A stretch of DNA of 64,000 bases from Narcine bancroftii (lineage: Eukaryota): positions 33,790,001 to 33,854,000 of the forward strand of contig NC_091475.1 of NCBI RefSeq assembly GCF_036971445.1, given 5' to 3'. Numbering within the stretch: the first letter of the stretch is position 1; each line of letters opens with the position of its first letter. A model generated the notes under the pieces. That model made no database searches. It was not told the origin of the DNA and was given only the letters and a program-made list of their open reading frames with translations. Of this stretch, positions 26,030-39,299 are shown piece after piece. A program made the translations under genes and the position numbers.

Positions 26030-29000
26030 CAATAAATCATCATCTTAAAGCAAAACTTTGTGGGCTGTGCCCTTTCTTAAAGTGCCAGTAATATCATTAG
26101 ATTCTCAAAAAACGATAGCTTAGGGTTCTAAAACCAGGTCAAAGCAATGGACTTAAAGACATCCTTATCTGGTTCCACGCTGAAAATTAAATGGTTTAGA
26201 ATTCTGAGAATTAGTAAGAACACAGGCAGAAAGGGAATATATCTAGTAACTTAATCCATTGAATAAAATCACCACCAAAATTTAAATTTTCTAAAGTCTT
26301 AAATAAATAATTCCATTCTCTCTGATCAAAAGCCTTCCCTGCATCCAGAGTTATCACAGATTTCAAAACCTCCTTAGAAGGAGAATATATAATATTTAAT
26401 AAACAATGTATATTCAAATGGGAGCACTGATTTTTAATAAATCCAGTCTGATCATCAAATATAATAAATGCAAAATATTTTCAAGTCCACGAGCCAAAAC
26501 TTTAGATAGAATTTTAGTGTCAATGTTGAGTAGAGAAATTGGTCTGTATGAAGATCAGTCAACTGGATTTTTATTATTTTTAAGAATTAGTGAAATGGAA
26601 GTCTCATAAAAACTGTGGCAACTTGCTAAATTTAAAAGAATCAGAAAAAAATAGATCACAGGTGAGGTGAAAAGGCCTTATAAAATTCTATAGGAAATCC
26701 ATCAGGACCTCCCAGAATGTAGTGAACGTACAGCCTCGGCAATTTCTTCAGATGAAATAGGTTGATTCAATTGCTTGATAGTACAGGAATATACAATTGA
26801 TCTAAAAAAAAATTCATTAGAATATTATCCTTAGGAAAGTCAGAACTATACAGTTCAGAATAAAATTCCTTAAAGGTATCATTTATTTCTAAATAATCAG
26901 TTGTCATAACCATTTGTTTTACAAATTTCTTTGATTTGTTGTTTGGCTACTGACGATTTTAATTGATTAGCCAATAAGTTACCTGTTTTATCTCCATGTA
27001 TATAAAATTGACTTTTACTTTTTAAAAGTTGGATTTCAATTGGATAAGTTAAAAGAAACTCATATTTAGTTTTAATTTCAACATGCCATTTAAATAAAGC
27101 AAGGTCTTGAGCCAAAGCATACCTTCAATCTAATTGTTTCCATTGGTTAGCTAAATAATTTTTCTCTTTATTAGCCTTTTACCTAATACTTGCAGTACAA
27201 GATATAATTTGTCCCATAATAAAAACCTTAAAAGCATCCCAAACATTAAGACTGGAAGTCTATTTAACAGTCTTTTTTTCAAAAAGGAGAGTAATTTGTT
27301 CCTCCAAGAACTTAAAAAATTAATTTTCAGATAGCAGGGTTGAATTAACATGCCAATGTCTGATTTTTTGGGGAAGACTTGGAAAGTTTAAGGATAATAA
27401 CACAGGAACAAATTAATGGGACCATTTAACTATCAATAAAAAATAGTCAATCCACAAATATGTATGGTGAAAGTAATAAAAAAATGAATATTCCCTGTCT
27501 TCTGGATGAAAAAAATGCCAGACATCAATAATACCATATTTTAATTTTAAAAATTGAACAAATAAAGCCAATTTATTCAAAATGGCTGGTTTAGAAGACA
27601 AATTATCTAAAATCAGATCTAACCAGCAGTTAAAGTCCCCTCCCATCACTAATGAATAAAGACTCAGATCAGACAAGAATGAAAAGAAAATTCAAAAAAT
27701 CCAGAGTCATTCACATTTGGAGCATAAACATTAGCAAACACCATCAATTTATTATACAATTTCCTTGTCACCATAACAAAGTGACCATTTGTGCCTGAAA
27801 CAACATTATGTTGAACGAAGGAAATTGCGTGATCTATAAAAATCAATATCCCTCTGGATTTAGCCTGAAATGATGAGTGAAACTGCAGTCTATTCCATTG
27901 TCTAAAAAGATGCATGTTATCACTATTATTTGCAAAAATATAATTGGGACCCGAAATTTTTTTAGCATAAGCAAAAATCTTATTTTGTTTTACAGGGTGA
28001 TTTACCCCTTTTAACATTAAAACTAAGTAACTCAATTAATTGATCCATTTTAACTGTTGAAAAAACAAGAAGCTAACAAATAGGGAACTTATGTCACTCA
28101 TTCTTAACAAGCATCGAAAGTAGAGTGGCCAAAACACGTGTGATTATACAAAGCCAAAACAACTTTCAAAAAAAATTAAACCCCCCATCTCCTTCCACCC
28201 AAACCCAAAAAGCTGACCAATAGACAGATAGCATGCAGCTAACTAAATTACCCATCTCCAAAATATTTCCTGTTGGCAAAACTCCAATATTATAATGAAA
28301 CCTTGTATATGTTCCAAATGAGACATAACAGGGCAGGTACAGTTAATGCCAAAACACAAAAGCTGAGATGACTATTATGTTTCCATAATATAATAATACA
28401 CATTACCAATTAACAATAGAAAAAACCTTGAGGTAAAGAAAACACAACTATTAAAATATTAGTTTAAATAGTTCATTCAAAAATCAGAGTTTAACATTTT
28501 ATAAGCTAAATGATTTATTAATTCAAATAGTTAATTCAAAACCAAATAACTTAACATTTTATAGACTAGATGATTTAGCTATCAAAAGCAAACTGATCAA
28601 AATATATAAACACTAAGGCATTAACTCACATAAACCTTATTCTATTAATTAAGCATTTAAAAAATTCAAGAAGTAAATCACTACATAGAATGAGAGAAAT
28701 GGTTACTCAGATGGAGAGATAGTAGATGGCAGTTGTGCTTCCAAAAATTTTTGGATTTCTTCAATGGTACAAAGCCACTTCTTAGAATTGACCTTCAGTG
28801 TAATATAACCATATAACCATTTATGGAGCAGAAACAGGCCTACGAAGGCATGCTGGAAAAAGCAGAGTAGGCTTAAAACCTTGATTGTAGAATTCCGACA
28901 TAATCTTCTTGTATTTTACACGTTCACTCATAACCTTGGATGAGTACTCCTCAATGGTACCAATCTTCTGACCTTTGTAGTCAATTCTTCCCCTACGACG

Positions 29001-29420
29001 AGCTTCATGTAATAAAACCTCCTTAGTTTGAAATTCATGAAACACACTATAATTGATCAAGGTCTCTGACCGGGTGCTGGTTTAGAAATCAACGATCTAT
29101 GTGCACGTTCTATCACAGGGAGAGTCAGCAGAACTCCAGATACAAACAATTCAGTCAGAAAACATGAAAAAATTTAGAAGGCTGGCCACCCTCAGTTGAT
29201 TCTTCCAAGCTGAGATTTAATAAATTATTTCCTCTGCTTCTGTTTTCTACATCACTAATCTTCTGGGTTAATTTTACATTAGTAGCTTTATTCCTTGTAT
29301 CCATGTTAAAGATAGTTACAGTTGTTAATCCAATTAAATTAATTATACAAAGTTTAAAAATAAGTTTTAAAAAGGTTGGAAACAGTAACATAAATTGGAA
29401 CCACTTCAGAAAGCTGCTAC
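26030..29420 (-). mobile_element. Old, AT-rich, degenerate L1-clade LINE (ORF1, APE endonuclease, partial RT)
   Basis: ORF1-like DVENRSRGNNL...EST EG and PTLLFPACLR; APE motifs SFNVKG, FANVYAPN, GGDFNC, DVWHFFHP, IDYFL; RT LDAGKAFD..EW.YL. Many frameshifts. Confidence 0.85.
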
Positions 29421-29992
29421 TCTATCAACAGCCATTAATATAATTTGTTTGATTAAGAATGCAGAGTACCTTGGATGAAATGGTATGATTTAAGTGTAAT
29501 GTATTTTTTTACTTTTAAAATGTATTCTTATGTACTCTGTATTTTTTGATGTGGAATTTCAATATTTGGAGGAACAAGCCCTCATATTCTGTCTGGTTAC
29601 CCTCCAACCAGATGGAATGAACAATGACTTTTCCAGTTTCTGTTAGTGTCTCTCTCCCCCCCAGGTTCAGAGCTAAAAACACCCCATCCCCTAATCAATA
29701 CTCATCTTTTCTGTCTACTGTCCTCCCATGCATATCCAATTAATACCTTTTGTCTGTTGGTCTGTAATCCTCCCCTTGTCCATTCTTCCCTTCTCCCCAG
29801 CCTTTTAGTTCAGTCACCTGTCCGCTTTTTACTCACACTTTGAAGAAGGGCTCATGCATGAAAAGTTGGTTTTATCTATGTTTACCTCCTATGGAGCTGC
29901 GAGATGTGCTGAATTCCTTCAGCATTTCTGTGTTTTACTACCTTGATAGTGACTGCAGACTTCCATGTTTCATAGCACACATAACTAAGTTT

Positions 29993-29998
29993 TTTATT
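29993..29998 (-). terminator. Candidate polyadenylation signal for PLCXD2
   Basis: AATAAA on the minus strand ~435 nt after the stop (across the gap), just before repeat-derived sequence. Confidence 0.3.
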
Positions 29999-30091
29999 GT
30001 GTCTTAGGGAAGTGAATGAAACTAATTTTTCCAAATTTGGATGCTTCTGACTGCTTCACTCTGTTTTATCTTAAAGCTGTCAATGCGTGGT

Positions 30092-30234
30092 NNNNNNNNN
30101 NNNNNNNNNNNNNNNNNNNNNNNNNNNNNNNNNNNNNNNNNNNNNNNNNNNNNNNNNNNNNNNNNNNNNNNNNNNNNNNNNNNNNNNNNNNNNNNNNNNN
30201 NNNNNNNNNNNNNNNNNNNNNNNNNNNNNNNNNN
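30092..30234. other. Assembly gap (143 N) within the probable PLCXD2 3' UTR
   Basis: Run of N. Confidence 1.
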
Positions 30235-30432
30235 AACAATCTAGAATTTAATGTGGTATGATTAGTTTGCACACAGAAGCATAATGTCCAACTTTAAAAT
30301 GGTGACTGAAGTACATCTGGACACTCTGGTCCAAAAATTCCGCAGCCCCCTCAGCCCACTCCATGTGAATACCGGGCATGGCCTTGACTTTGTTACTTTA
30401 ACAGCGCCCATTGAAAGGGAGGATGCTCGTGC

Positions 30433-30580
30433 TCAGTTTTGTCCAAGCAGGTACTGGTAATTCAGCTTGATCACAGTTGGAGCAAAGTCCATAAGCTCCA
30501 CAAAGTCAGAGGTGATGATGTTGACACCATTTACACCTGGCTTTTGACACTTCACCCAGTTCATTATTACAGGAAGATTT
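30433..30580 (-). CDS. PLCXD2: PLCXD2 exon 4, last coding exon (R-NLPVIMNWVKCQKPGVNGVNIITSDFVELMDFAPTVIKLNYQYLLGQN*)
   Basis: ctttcag acceptor, phase 2 matching exon 3, conserved PLCXD C-terminal motif NIITSDFV, TGA at 30435-30433. Confidence 0.92.
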
Positions 30581-30989
30581 CTGAAAGAACAAAATGAGCA
30601 TTTAAAAAATTGTCAACATTTTAAAAATCTTTATGTGAATATGCACAACCTTTCCCCCAAATCTATGTGCCGTAATCATAGCATTCACAACGACACAATC
30701 GAGGCTATTACCTTTTGCCACTATTGCAAACTGCCACTCATTGCACTAGATTCACATTGAGTCATACAGAACAGGCCTTTCTGCCCAATTTGTCCACACT
30801 GTCCAAGTTAGAATTCTGGGTTTCACTGCATTTGGTCCATATCCTTCATATCCATATATTTGACCAAATGTCTTTTGAACATTGTAATCATATCTGCTTC
30901 ATCTGGAAGCTCATTCCAGATATGACCACACTCTGAAAGTCACTCCTCAAGTCCTTCTTAAATCTCTTCCCTCTCACCATAAACCCTTT

Positions 30990-31284
30990 TGCTAGGAAGC
31001 TGTAAAAACAGCGACCCCACTGCCACCAGGATTGCGTGTTGCCAGTTCTCGGGTCTTGAGCCGTCAATCAACTAATCCAGTCACGTGTGTAAGAGGGTCT
31101 GTAATCCTCAGGACCAAGGGCATCATAAAAAAGCTATAAATAGTCTCCAATTTTAAATAAAAGGCTTCATTCTTTAGATTTGGAAAAACACTGGCTTGCG
31201 TCATTTCTCTCTGGGTCTAACGAGGTGGAAGCTTGTATTCCATACAACATGTGCACAGCACAAACATTCAGCACATTTACAACA
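30990..31284 (+). mobile_element. Possible short solo LTR
   Basis: TG...ACAACA ends, internal TATAAA and AATAAA, imperfect CCCTT flanking duplication. Confidence 0.4.
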
Positions 31285-31811
31285 CCCTTGCTCTGATCTG
31301 AACTAACTGGTTACATTTCTTGCAGGAAAAACATGTGGATCGGGGAATGTTTAGTGGGATAATGGCCAAATTCAGGCAAATTGGACTAGCTTGGGAAGGC
31401 AACTTGGTCATTGCGCCATGCTGGGCTGAAGGGCCTGTTTCTATGATGTCAAAAGCCTTTGCTCCCTAGTTCGCAAATCATTTGCCCTAGGAAAAAGACT
31501 GTAAGCATTCACCTTTATCCAGGCCCCTTCATGATTGTAATAAACATCTATAAGGTCACCCTTCAGCATCCGAAACCCCAGGGATTATGTCTCCGTGGCT
31601 TCTGTTTTTCTTTCCTGAATATTCCATTGTTGGAGAAGCTGGGACACACAGGACCAACCCCAGTGTCCAGCGAGAAAGGACCCTGGAGCCTTTCCCCTCA
31701 GACCCAAAGTGGTGGAGAGCCCTGAGATTCAATGCATCTCCTAGCAGGATTCATGAACTCTGGAATGTGCCAGCCAGTAGCATTTCATTGCTAACCTCTC
31801 TGCATTGAAGT

Positions 31812-31976
31812 AAGACATAGGATTCTGTTGACACCTTTTGTTTGGACATTTCTCATATTCCCCCATACCTTGATGAAGGGCTCAAGCCCGAAACATTGGT
31901 GATGTGTCTTTACTTTTGCTACACAAAGGCACTGTTTGACCTTCTGAGTTTCTCCAGCATTCATGTGTTTTTTTTC
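31812..31976 (+). mobile_element. Short Penelope-terminal-repeat-derived insertion containing a hammerhead-like motif
   Basis: 17-bp flanking direct repeat CCTCTCTGCATTGAAGT (31795-31811 / 31977-31993); sequence similar to the 3' repeat of the Penelope copies. Confidence 0.7.
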
Positions 31977-32479
31977 CCTCTCTGCATTGAAGTGCCAGCA
32001 GGTTTTGGGAAAACACAAGTGCTCTTCACTGAGATGCCAGCTTTCCAGTAGCACTTTAAATATGTATCAGTGTGTATCCTTGGGAACAGCCCATGGATCA
32101 CAGTGTCCTCTGCAACACAGCTGCTCTGAATGAACTATGGCAGAGATCACTGCATCATTTTGTAAACTTTTTTTGCAAATACAGGCTCATCGTGGGGTCC
32201 AAATGTAGTGTATCCAGTTTGCTAAATGATACAATATTAAGTGGAAAAGCAAATTGTGCAGAGGATGCAGAAGGATGTACGTGGGTTAAGTGATTGACCA
32301 AGAATCTGGCAGATGGAATATAATGTTGGTAAATGCTTTGGATTGCAAAATAGATCAGACTATCATTTCAAGTATGAAAAATGTAGCAGATTGCTGCGCA
32401 GAGACCTAGGAGTGCTTGTGCATGAATTTTAAAAAGTTGGTTAGCAGATGTAGCAGGTAATCAAGGAGGCTAATAGTTC

Positions 32480-33350
32480 AAAGTTATTGTTACAGTACAT
32501 AGACAACATCACATTCTTTTCTTGCAGGCCAGGCAGAATTTCATCTTATCGGTAGTGTAAACTCTACTCAACAAAAAGATATTCATAGAAAGAGAGAAAT
32601 GTAAACAAACTGACTGTGCAAATACAGAAAAATCATTCAGTAAAAATAATGTGCACAGTAAGAGTCCATAATGAGTCTGTTTTTTTGGAGTCTGGTTGAG
32701 GAGTAGCAGCTGTTCCTGAACTAGGTGGTACGAGTCTTGTGGCACCTGTACCTCTTTCCTGATGGCGGTAGCGTGAACAGAGTGCATCCTTGTTGGCTTT
32801 TGCTGTTCTTCGATGGCAATATTCCACATACATTTTCTTAAGGGGGCGGAGAAGGGGTGGGGGGTTGCCTGATGTACTGGGCTGCGTCCACTATCTTTTG
32901 CAGGGCTTTTCATTCAGAGATATTGGTGTGCCCATGCCAGGCCGTGTTGCAGCCAGTCAGCATAGTTTCCACACCACATCTGGAAGTTTGCTGAAGTTTT
33001 TGATGTCATACCAAACCTCCACAAACTCCTGAGGAAGTAGAGGCAATGACGCTTTTTCTTCATGATGACATTAGTAGGTTTGGTCCAGGAAAATTCCTCC
33101 GAGATAGTCACTCCCAGGAATTTAAATGTGCTCACTTTCTCCACCTCTGATTTCCCCCAATGATCATTGGAATGCCCATCTCTGAAGTCCACAATCAGCT
33201 TCTTGATCTTGGTGACGTTGAGTGAGAGATTGTTGTTCGAACACCATGAAGCCAAGTTTTCACTCTCTCTGTCTGCTGATCATCGCCCCTTTTTATCCAA
33301 CCCACTAACTATGGAATCATCAGCCAATTTGTAAATGGTGTTGTTGTCAT
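32480..33350 (-). mobile_element. Rex1-type LINE 3' fragment
   Basis: WCSNNNLSLNVTKIKKLIVDFR...FKFLGVTISE...LYFLRSL.RFG. Confidence 0.78.
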
Positions 33351-33960
33351 GAAGAGATATTGCCCTTTCATTGTTAAAGGGATTGATTTTAAGAGCAGGG
33401 AGATTCAACTGTACTGGGTACAAGTGAGGCTACAGTTGGAGTACTGCGGGCAGTTCTTGTCTCTTTATTGGGAGATTCACCAGCTGATTCCGGAAATGAA
33501 GGGGATTTCCTATGCCAAGAAATTGAGAGGCCTGTAACTATATTCAATGGCATTTAGAAATTTGAGTGGGGGAACTTGTAGAAACCTATACAATTATGAA
33601 AGAGATAGGTAAGATTGGAACAATGAGATTGTTTCCATTGGCAGGTGAAATCAGAACCAGTGGACCTAGTCTCAAGAACCAAGGTGTATATTTAAGCTAG
33701 AGATAAGGAGGAACTGATTTTCCCCAGAGTGGTGAATCTGTGGAATTCTCTGTCCAATAAAGCAGTACAATCTACCTCATTGAGTGTATTTAAGACACAG
33801 ATTGACAGATTGCTGAAGAATAGTGGAAATAAGGGCTATGGAGAACAGCCGGGTAAGTGAAGCTGATTCCATGGCCTGATCAGCCATGATCTTCTTGAAC
33901 GATGGACCAAGTTTGATGGGCTGGATGGCCGACTCCTGCTCTTTTTTCTTATGTTCTGAT
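33350..33960 (+). mobile_element. CR1-type LINE 3' fragment, continuing from ~32200-32470 across the Rex1 insertion
   Basis: GIDFKSRE..LY...VR.QLEYC.QF motif and the typical 3' UTR (gatcagccatgatc...gaatgg). Confidence 0.72.
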
Positions 33961-36216
33961 CACAGAATGTGCTTCTCATCTCAGGAAAACAAAGTCTTGG
34001 TGTTTGGAAGGTCTGACTGAGGCATTCGGCCAAGGACATTGGCAGCCTTCTCAAGGGAACATCCGGCATCAACCATTGTGCCCTTCTCCTGCAGTGCCTG
34101 AAACATGTCCCATCCTGACCACTGCCCCGTCGACTTATGGGTAAAGGAGTTTGTCTGAAAGAACTTTTCCACAAAAGACAAGTAGCAAGGCAAATGTCCA
34201 AAAGACTGAGCTGTCTGATCTTGACTACTGCCAATCATTGCCAAGGTTTGACACAAGAATTTCCTCCCCCACAAAATACATAAACTTCAATAATAAAATA
34301 TGAAATTATACAATTCCAGAAATGATCATTCACTGTAGCAAACATAACTTTACACCTGCGTAGAAAACATCAATTCACCAATTTTTCAATCACCAGTCTG
34401 TCTCCAAATATCAGTGTCAAAATTGTTATCCAGGTAGGACTGCTTCTGACTCTGGTCTCCATTCCCCCCCCCCCCCCCCCCACCACCAATCCCCACCCCC
34501 TTCTGTGGACAGGAAGGCCTCATGGCCCCCTTGTGGTACCACTGGTGAAAACATTTCAGAAGAGTTTGGCTCCTTCCCTTCGTTTTCATCTCATTTTATG
34601 AATGCCTTATGGTCCACCTTGTGGATACAGTGAGAACTGACAGTCAAAGGGACATACAGGAAAACAGGAAGATTAAATGGCTCAAAACAGCAAGTCGCTC
34701 AACAAAGCACTTCTGTTTCTGATATTAGCATTATTTATGCAGAATTTACTTGACCACAGTCTTCAATTTTCGCAGTGTGGAATCTATGGCAGTGGCCAAT
34801 TTAGGGGTAAAAAACAGGATTCTGTTGACACCGTGGTTTAGTGAAAAAACACACAAATGCTGTAGAAACTCAGCAGGTCAAGCAGTGCCTTTATGTAGCA
34901 AAGGTAAAGATACATCACCAACGTTTCAGGCTTGAGCCCTTCATTAAGGTGTTTTCACCTTTTGATTCAGGTGTCCAGCTGTTTCTCAAAGTTCCCACCA
35001 ACACATTCACAGCCAATGGATGTTGTGTGGCCTGCCCAGTTTCTCCAGCACCTTGGTGTATTGCTGTTGGAACTTCCCATGATGCTGCTCAACCTGCTGA
35101 GTTTCTCCTGCTGATTGTTTGTTGCCCCAGATCCCAGCATCTGCATTCTTCCATGCACTCTCATTTATGACTTTAGTCCAGTTTTATTTCCACCTTTTGT
35201 GGTCTTCAAACATGACTGTTCAAGAGACACAATTTCTCAGCATAGGCCATTTCATTCATGCTGACCAAGGTGCCTTCCTGAGCTACTCCCATTTGCCTAC
35301 ATTTGGATCTAATCCCTGTAAAACTTTCCAATCCAAGAACCTGTCCAGATATTTTTTTTAAATTTTAAAACGTTTTAATTGCCCCCACCTCAACCACTTC
35401 CTATGGCAATATGTTTCATATTCCCAGCACTTTCTCTATGACAAACCTGGTCTTCAGATTTCCTTTAAGTTTTCCCTTTTCACCTTAAATGCAGCCCTCT
35501 AGTTCTAGCCTCCCTTACCTTGGAAGGAGGTCTATCTTCTCTATAGCCCTCTACATGGTCACTCCAGGGAGAAAAGTCCTAGCTATTCCTTGTAACTCAC
35601 ACTCTCCAGTTCCCTCAGTACAGCTACCAGAAATGCACACAATGCTCCAGGTGCAATTGTAACGTGACGTCCCTGCACCTGTACAGTGCCATGACAAGTC
35701 ACTCCACCAGTGTTGCCTCTTTCAATGAGTTGTGCCCCTGCCCCCTTAACTCCCTCTGTCCTACAATAAGAGAAAAAGCATCTGATGAGGGAAGGGTACC
35801 AGCTGTTCCTGAACCTGTTGAGTCTTGTGGCACCTACGCCTCCTCCCTGATGGCAGCAGTGAGAATGGAGTGTGCTGGGTGGTGTTGGTCTTTGATGATT
35901 GCTGCTGCTCTCTAGGCTGTGTCCACTACCTTTTGGAGCATTTTACGCTCAAGGGTATTGGTGTTCGCCCAGACGAGACCAGTGAGTCCATCATTGTGTG
36001 GCAAGAGAGTTAGTGGAAAAAGTTCTGAGGGACAAGATTGATCTGCACCTGAAGAGGGAGATATTCTGTGGGGCAAACAAAGGGAAGAATTTTAATGCAT
36101 CTGTGTATGTGACCACAAATGGGCTGGAGGGGCTATTTCTGTGCTGCAAAATATTCTATATAATAATAATAATAAAACAATTAAGGTGAGCGATGATAAG
36201 GAGAATCAAAGCCAAC

Positions 36217-36458
36217 CTTTCAACAAGAGAGCTCTGCAGTCCGTTGATCAATCCCCAGAAGACTGTGTTGGTTTGTGGAGTCAAGATGGCCTGTGACACA
36301 TGAAAGGTGCCTCGATTTGCCCGTTCCCTCAGGGAGTTTTCCAGGAACTGCACCAGTTTCTGAGCATCCGAAGTGTTGGCCCAGGGAGCCAAGATCTGGT
36401 GGCCTGGCCAGAGGAAAGAAAAGCCATGGGCCAAATGGTGATGGTAAAACACAAGTAC
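36217..36458 (-). CDS. PLCXD2: PLCXD2 exon 3 (VLVFYHHH...APWANT...RGTFHVSQAILTP...LVE-R)
   Basis: 242 nt, tacag acceptor, gttggc donor; motifs APWANT and FHVSQAILTP of PLCXD2/3. Confidence 0.95.
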
Positions 36459-39299
36459 CTGTATAAGAAAAGCAGGGAGTTACCAAAACAGGACATAGTG
36501 CAGAGACACGGCGCTGTTCCACAGGATCCTACCGCCTGGTACTGAAGCCAATGGCTCTGTACAGGCTTCAACCAGTCTGTTAAAAGAATTATTTTTAAAA
36601 TTCTGCAACCATGACAGTCAGTGGCCAAGATAGCAACACCTAAGTTGAGCAGTGTACCACAAGGGGTTGCAGACTCTGGGGGGAGCAGCAGACTGGCATA
36701 TGGCACCAGAGAGTAGAAATACAACCTTACAGGGAAGGTGACACATGGCAGTGGACCAGCGAGGGCCTCAGCGGCTGAAGGATTCACACAGGCTGCAGGC
36801 GACTTGTGGTCGAAGGACACAACCTGTGGACTGCTGGAGTCTGTCTCATGGGAACCAGGTATTGGAACTGAGATTCAAGAGGCACTGAGGGCAAGAATGG
36901 CTCCTGAAGGGCCTCAGATACTGAAGGCTTCCTGATCATATCAGAGGTCTGGATCTGGAGCTCGGATTGTCCGGCTGCAGAGGCTGCGGGAGCACTGGAG
37001 GAAAATCCATGGACACTCAGTGACTCGAAGGAATCTTTTTTTGCTTCTTTTTCTCTTATTGTTAGATGCGCCGGGCAATGCAAATGGCAACTCTTGCCTT
37101 ATGACAGACAAGAGTTGAAGCACATCATAGATATTACATTTTATCTATTATTATGTGGCAATAAAAGGAACCTCGAGACATTGCCTCTTCCATTGGGAGC
37201 GTTGCTCACCTCTAATCATGCTGTTATAACTGAGGATTTCAGATAGTCAGGGTTGTAATGTATTAGTTTTTTTTATTTCAAAGCAATGAACTTAATTTGA
37301 AATGCAGAACAGAATATTTGTGATGTCAGCTGTAATGTTTAGAATTCAGCCACTCACAAAAAGTAAAGGCCATTAACAAACAGCAGGCCAGTTGATACAT
37401 TACAGAGAGATCGGTTTCCTCCAAATTTTCACTGCTTCTCAGTCAGGCATTGAGTGTAGGAGCAGGGATGTCATATTATAATGATATGGGATGTTGGTGA
37501 GACTGCACTTGGAGTAACTGTGTCACTTAGCTATATAGGAAAGATATCATTAAGTTAAAAGTCGTACAGAAGAAATTCAGCAGGACGTTACAAGGACTGA
37601 TGGGCTTGAGTAACGTGGAGAGCCTGGGATTTTTCTTTCTGGAGTGTATGTGGCTGAGATGGGGGGGGGGGCTTACAGAATCATGAGGAGAATTGATAGT
37701 CCAAATTATCTTTTTTCCCAGGGTTGGGGACTCTAAAACATGAGGGTATAAATTTAAGATGAAAGGGGAAAGATTTCAAAGGAACCAAGAGGCATTTTAC
37801 TCACACAGTGTGTGGTGGGTATGTGGAACGAGCTGCCAGAGGAAATAGTAGAGGTGAGGTCATTTAGAAGACAATTATATGGGTATGTGGATAGGAAAGA
37901 TTTGGAGGGGTATGGGCCAAATGCAGACAAATGGGAGTAGCTTGGTCAGCAGGGACAAGTTGGGCTGCAAGGCCCGTTTCTGTGATGCAGAATTCGATAA
38001 CTTATCAGTTTCACTTCTTTTCCTGTTTGCAGTTGTAATCTTTTCGGCCACATGAATGACAAACGATTGGTTCCTTTTTAAACTATCTTGTGCTCAGTTT
38101 TCTCTCTGATTATCAATGTCATTCTTATCTTTACATTTCAAAAGCATGCCTTCACTTCCAGAAAACCCTGCTACTGCCCACACTGCAAGCTGCTTCTGTT
38201 TAATGCTGACTAAATATCTCCAGTTCACTATGCTTATTTTGAAATAGGGAATTTATTCTTGAAAGAAATGTATATACGTTATTAAATATATATTTCTTTA
38301 AATGCGTGACATTGCTTATGTGTTGTAATACCCCTTCAACTCTGACAATTGACTGTCACTAATATATTGTGTATATTTAAATTCAATACTGCAATATTGG
38401 GCATAATCAAATCCTTCCAAAACTACAAGAAATATTAGAGCCAGTGTCACCACAGGCCCTTCACCCCAGTGACAGTCAGAAAACCTTTCTCACCATACAA
38501 AGTATTTTATGACTAATAAACTTGAACTTAAATTATGGCAAGAGCGATGAAGCAGCATTTTTGTTAAAAGGTGAGGAGTAAGTTCTGATATCTGTGAGGA
38601 TTCAGCGAGAATTTCAAAAGTAAATGGTACATTAGCAGAGTTCTGGAAGGTTGAGCAGATGGCACAATCCCCTTTGGGGTTGAGAAGAATGACAAGGGTT
38701 CCTCTTAAAATATTCAACCTTCTTTGAGATTTAAAGGGAAATTTCTGGGGTTCCAGTCACACAACAAGGAAATGGAAGCTGAGCAGTGAAATGAGGAGTC
38801 TTTCAAGTACTCAGAGTTATGAACCATTTGAATGTTCTACTCCCAAGGCCTGGGGGCTCAGTCATTGAGAATATTCTGCAGGTTTCTGGTCACCAAACTA
38901 GAAACGGGGATGAGAATAGCCTACTCTGCCACAATTCTGCCTCCATCTACCTACATCCCATTATGTTGTTGCTCCATTACCACCAAGCTTTGCAGCGTTA
39001 TAAGGTAAAGGGGCAGCAAGGTTTCCGCAATGCTTCTCCAGTGCCAGCAATCCAGGTTCAAATCTGCCACTGTAAAGACTTTATATGTTCTCCCCATGCC
39101 CATGTGGGTTTTCTCCAAGACCGCCAGTTTTCTCCCACATTCCAAAGACGTACGAGGATAGTTAGTTAATTGGTCACATTGGTGTATTTGGGCAGCATGG
39201 GCTCATGGGCCGGGAGGGTCTTGTTAATCTCTAAATTAAATATGCCAGTGATTGTCAGGTTTAAAAGAATCAAATTGTGCAAATGTTGATCAGACCGAC

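Noticed and set aside
33836-34400. ORFs in apparently unique sequence of PLCXD2 intron 3 as an extra exon or nested gene
   Set aside because: PLCXD2 is complete without them; no recognisable homology or convincing splice pair.
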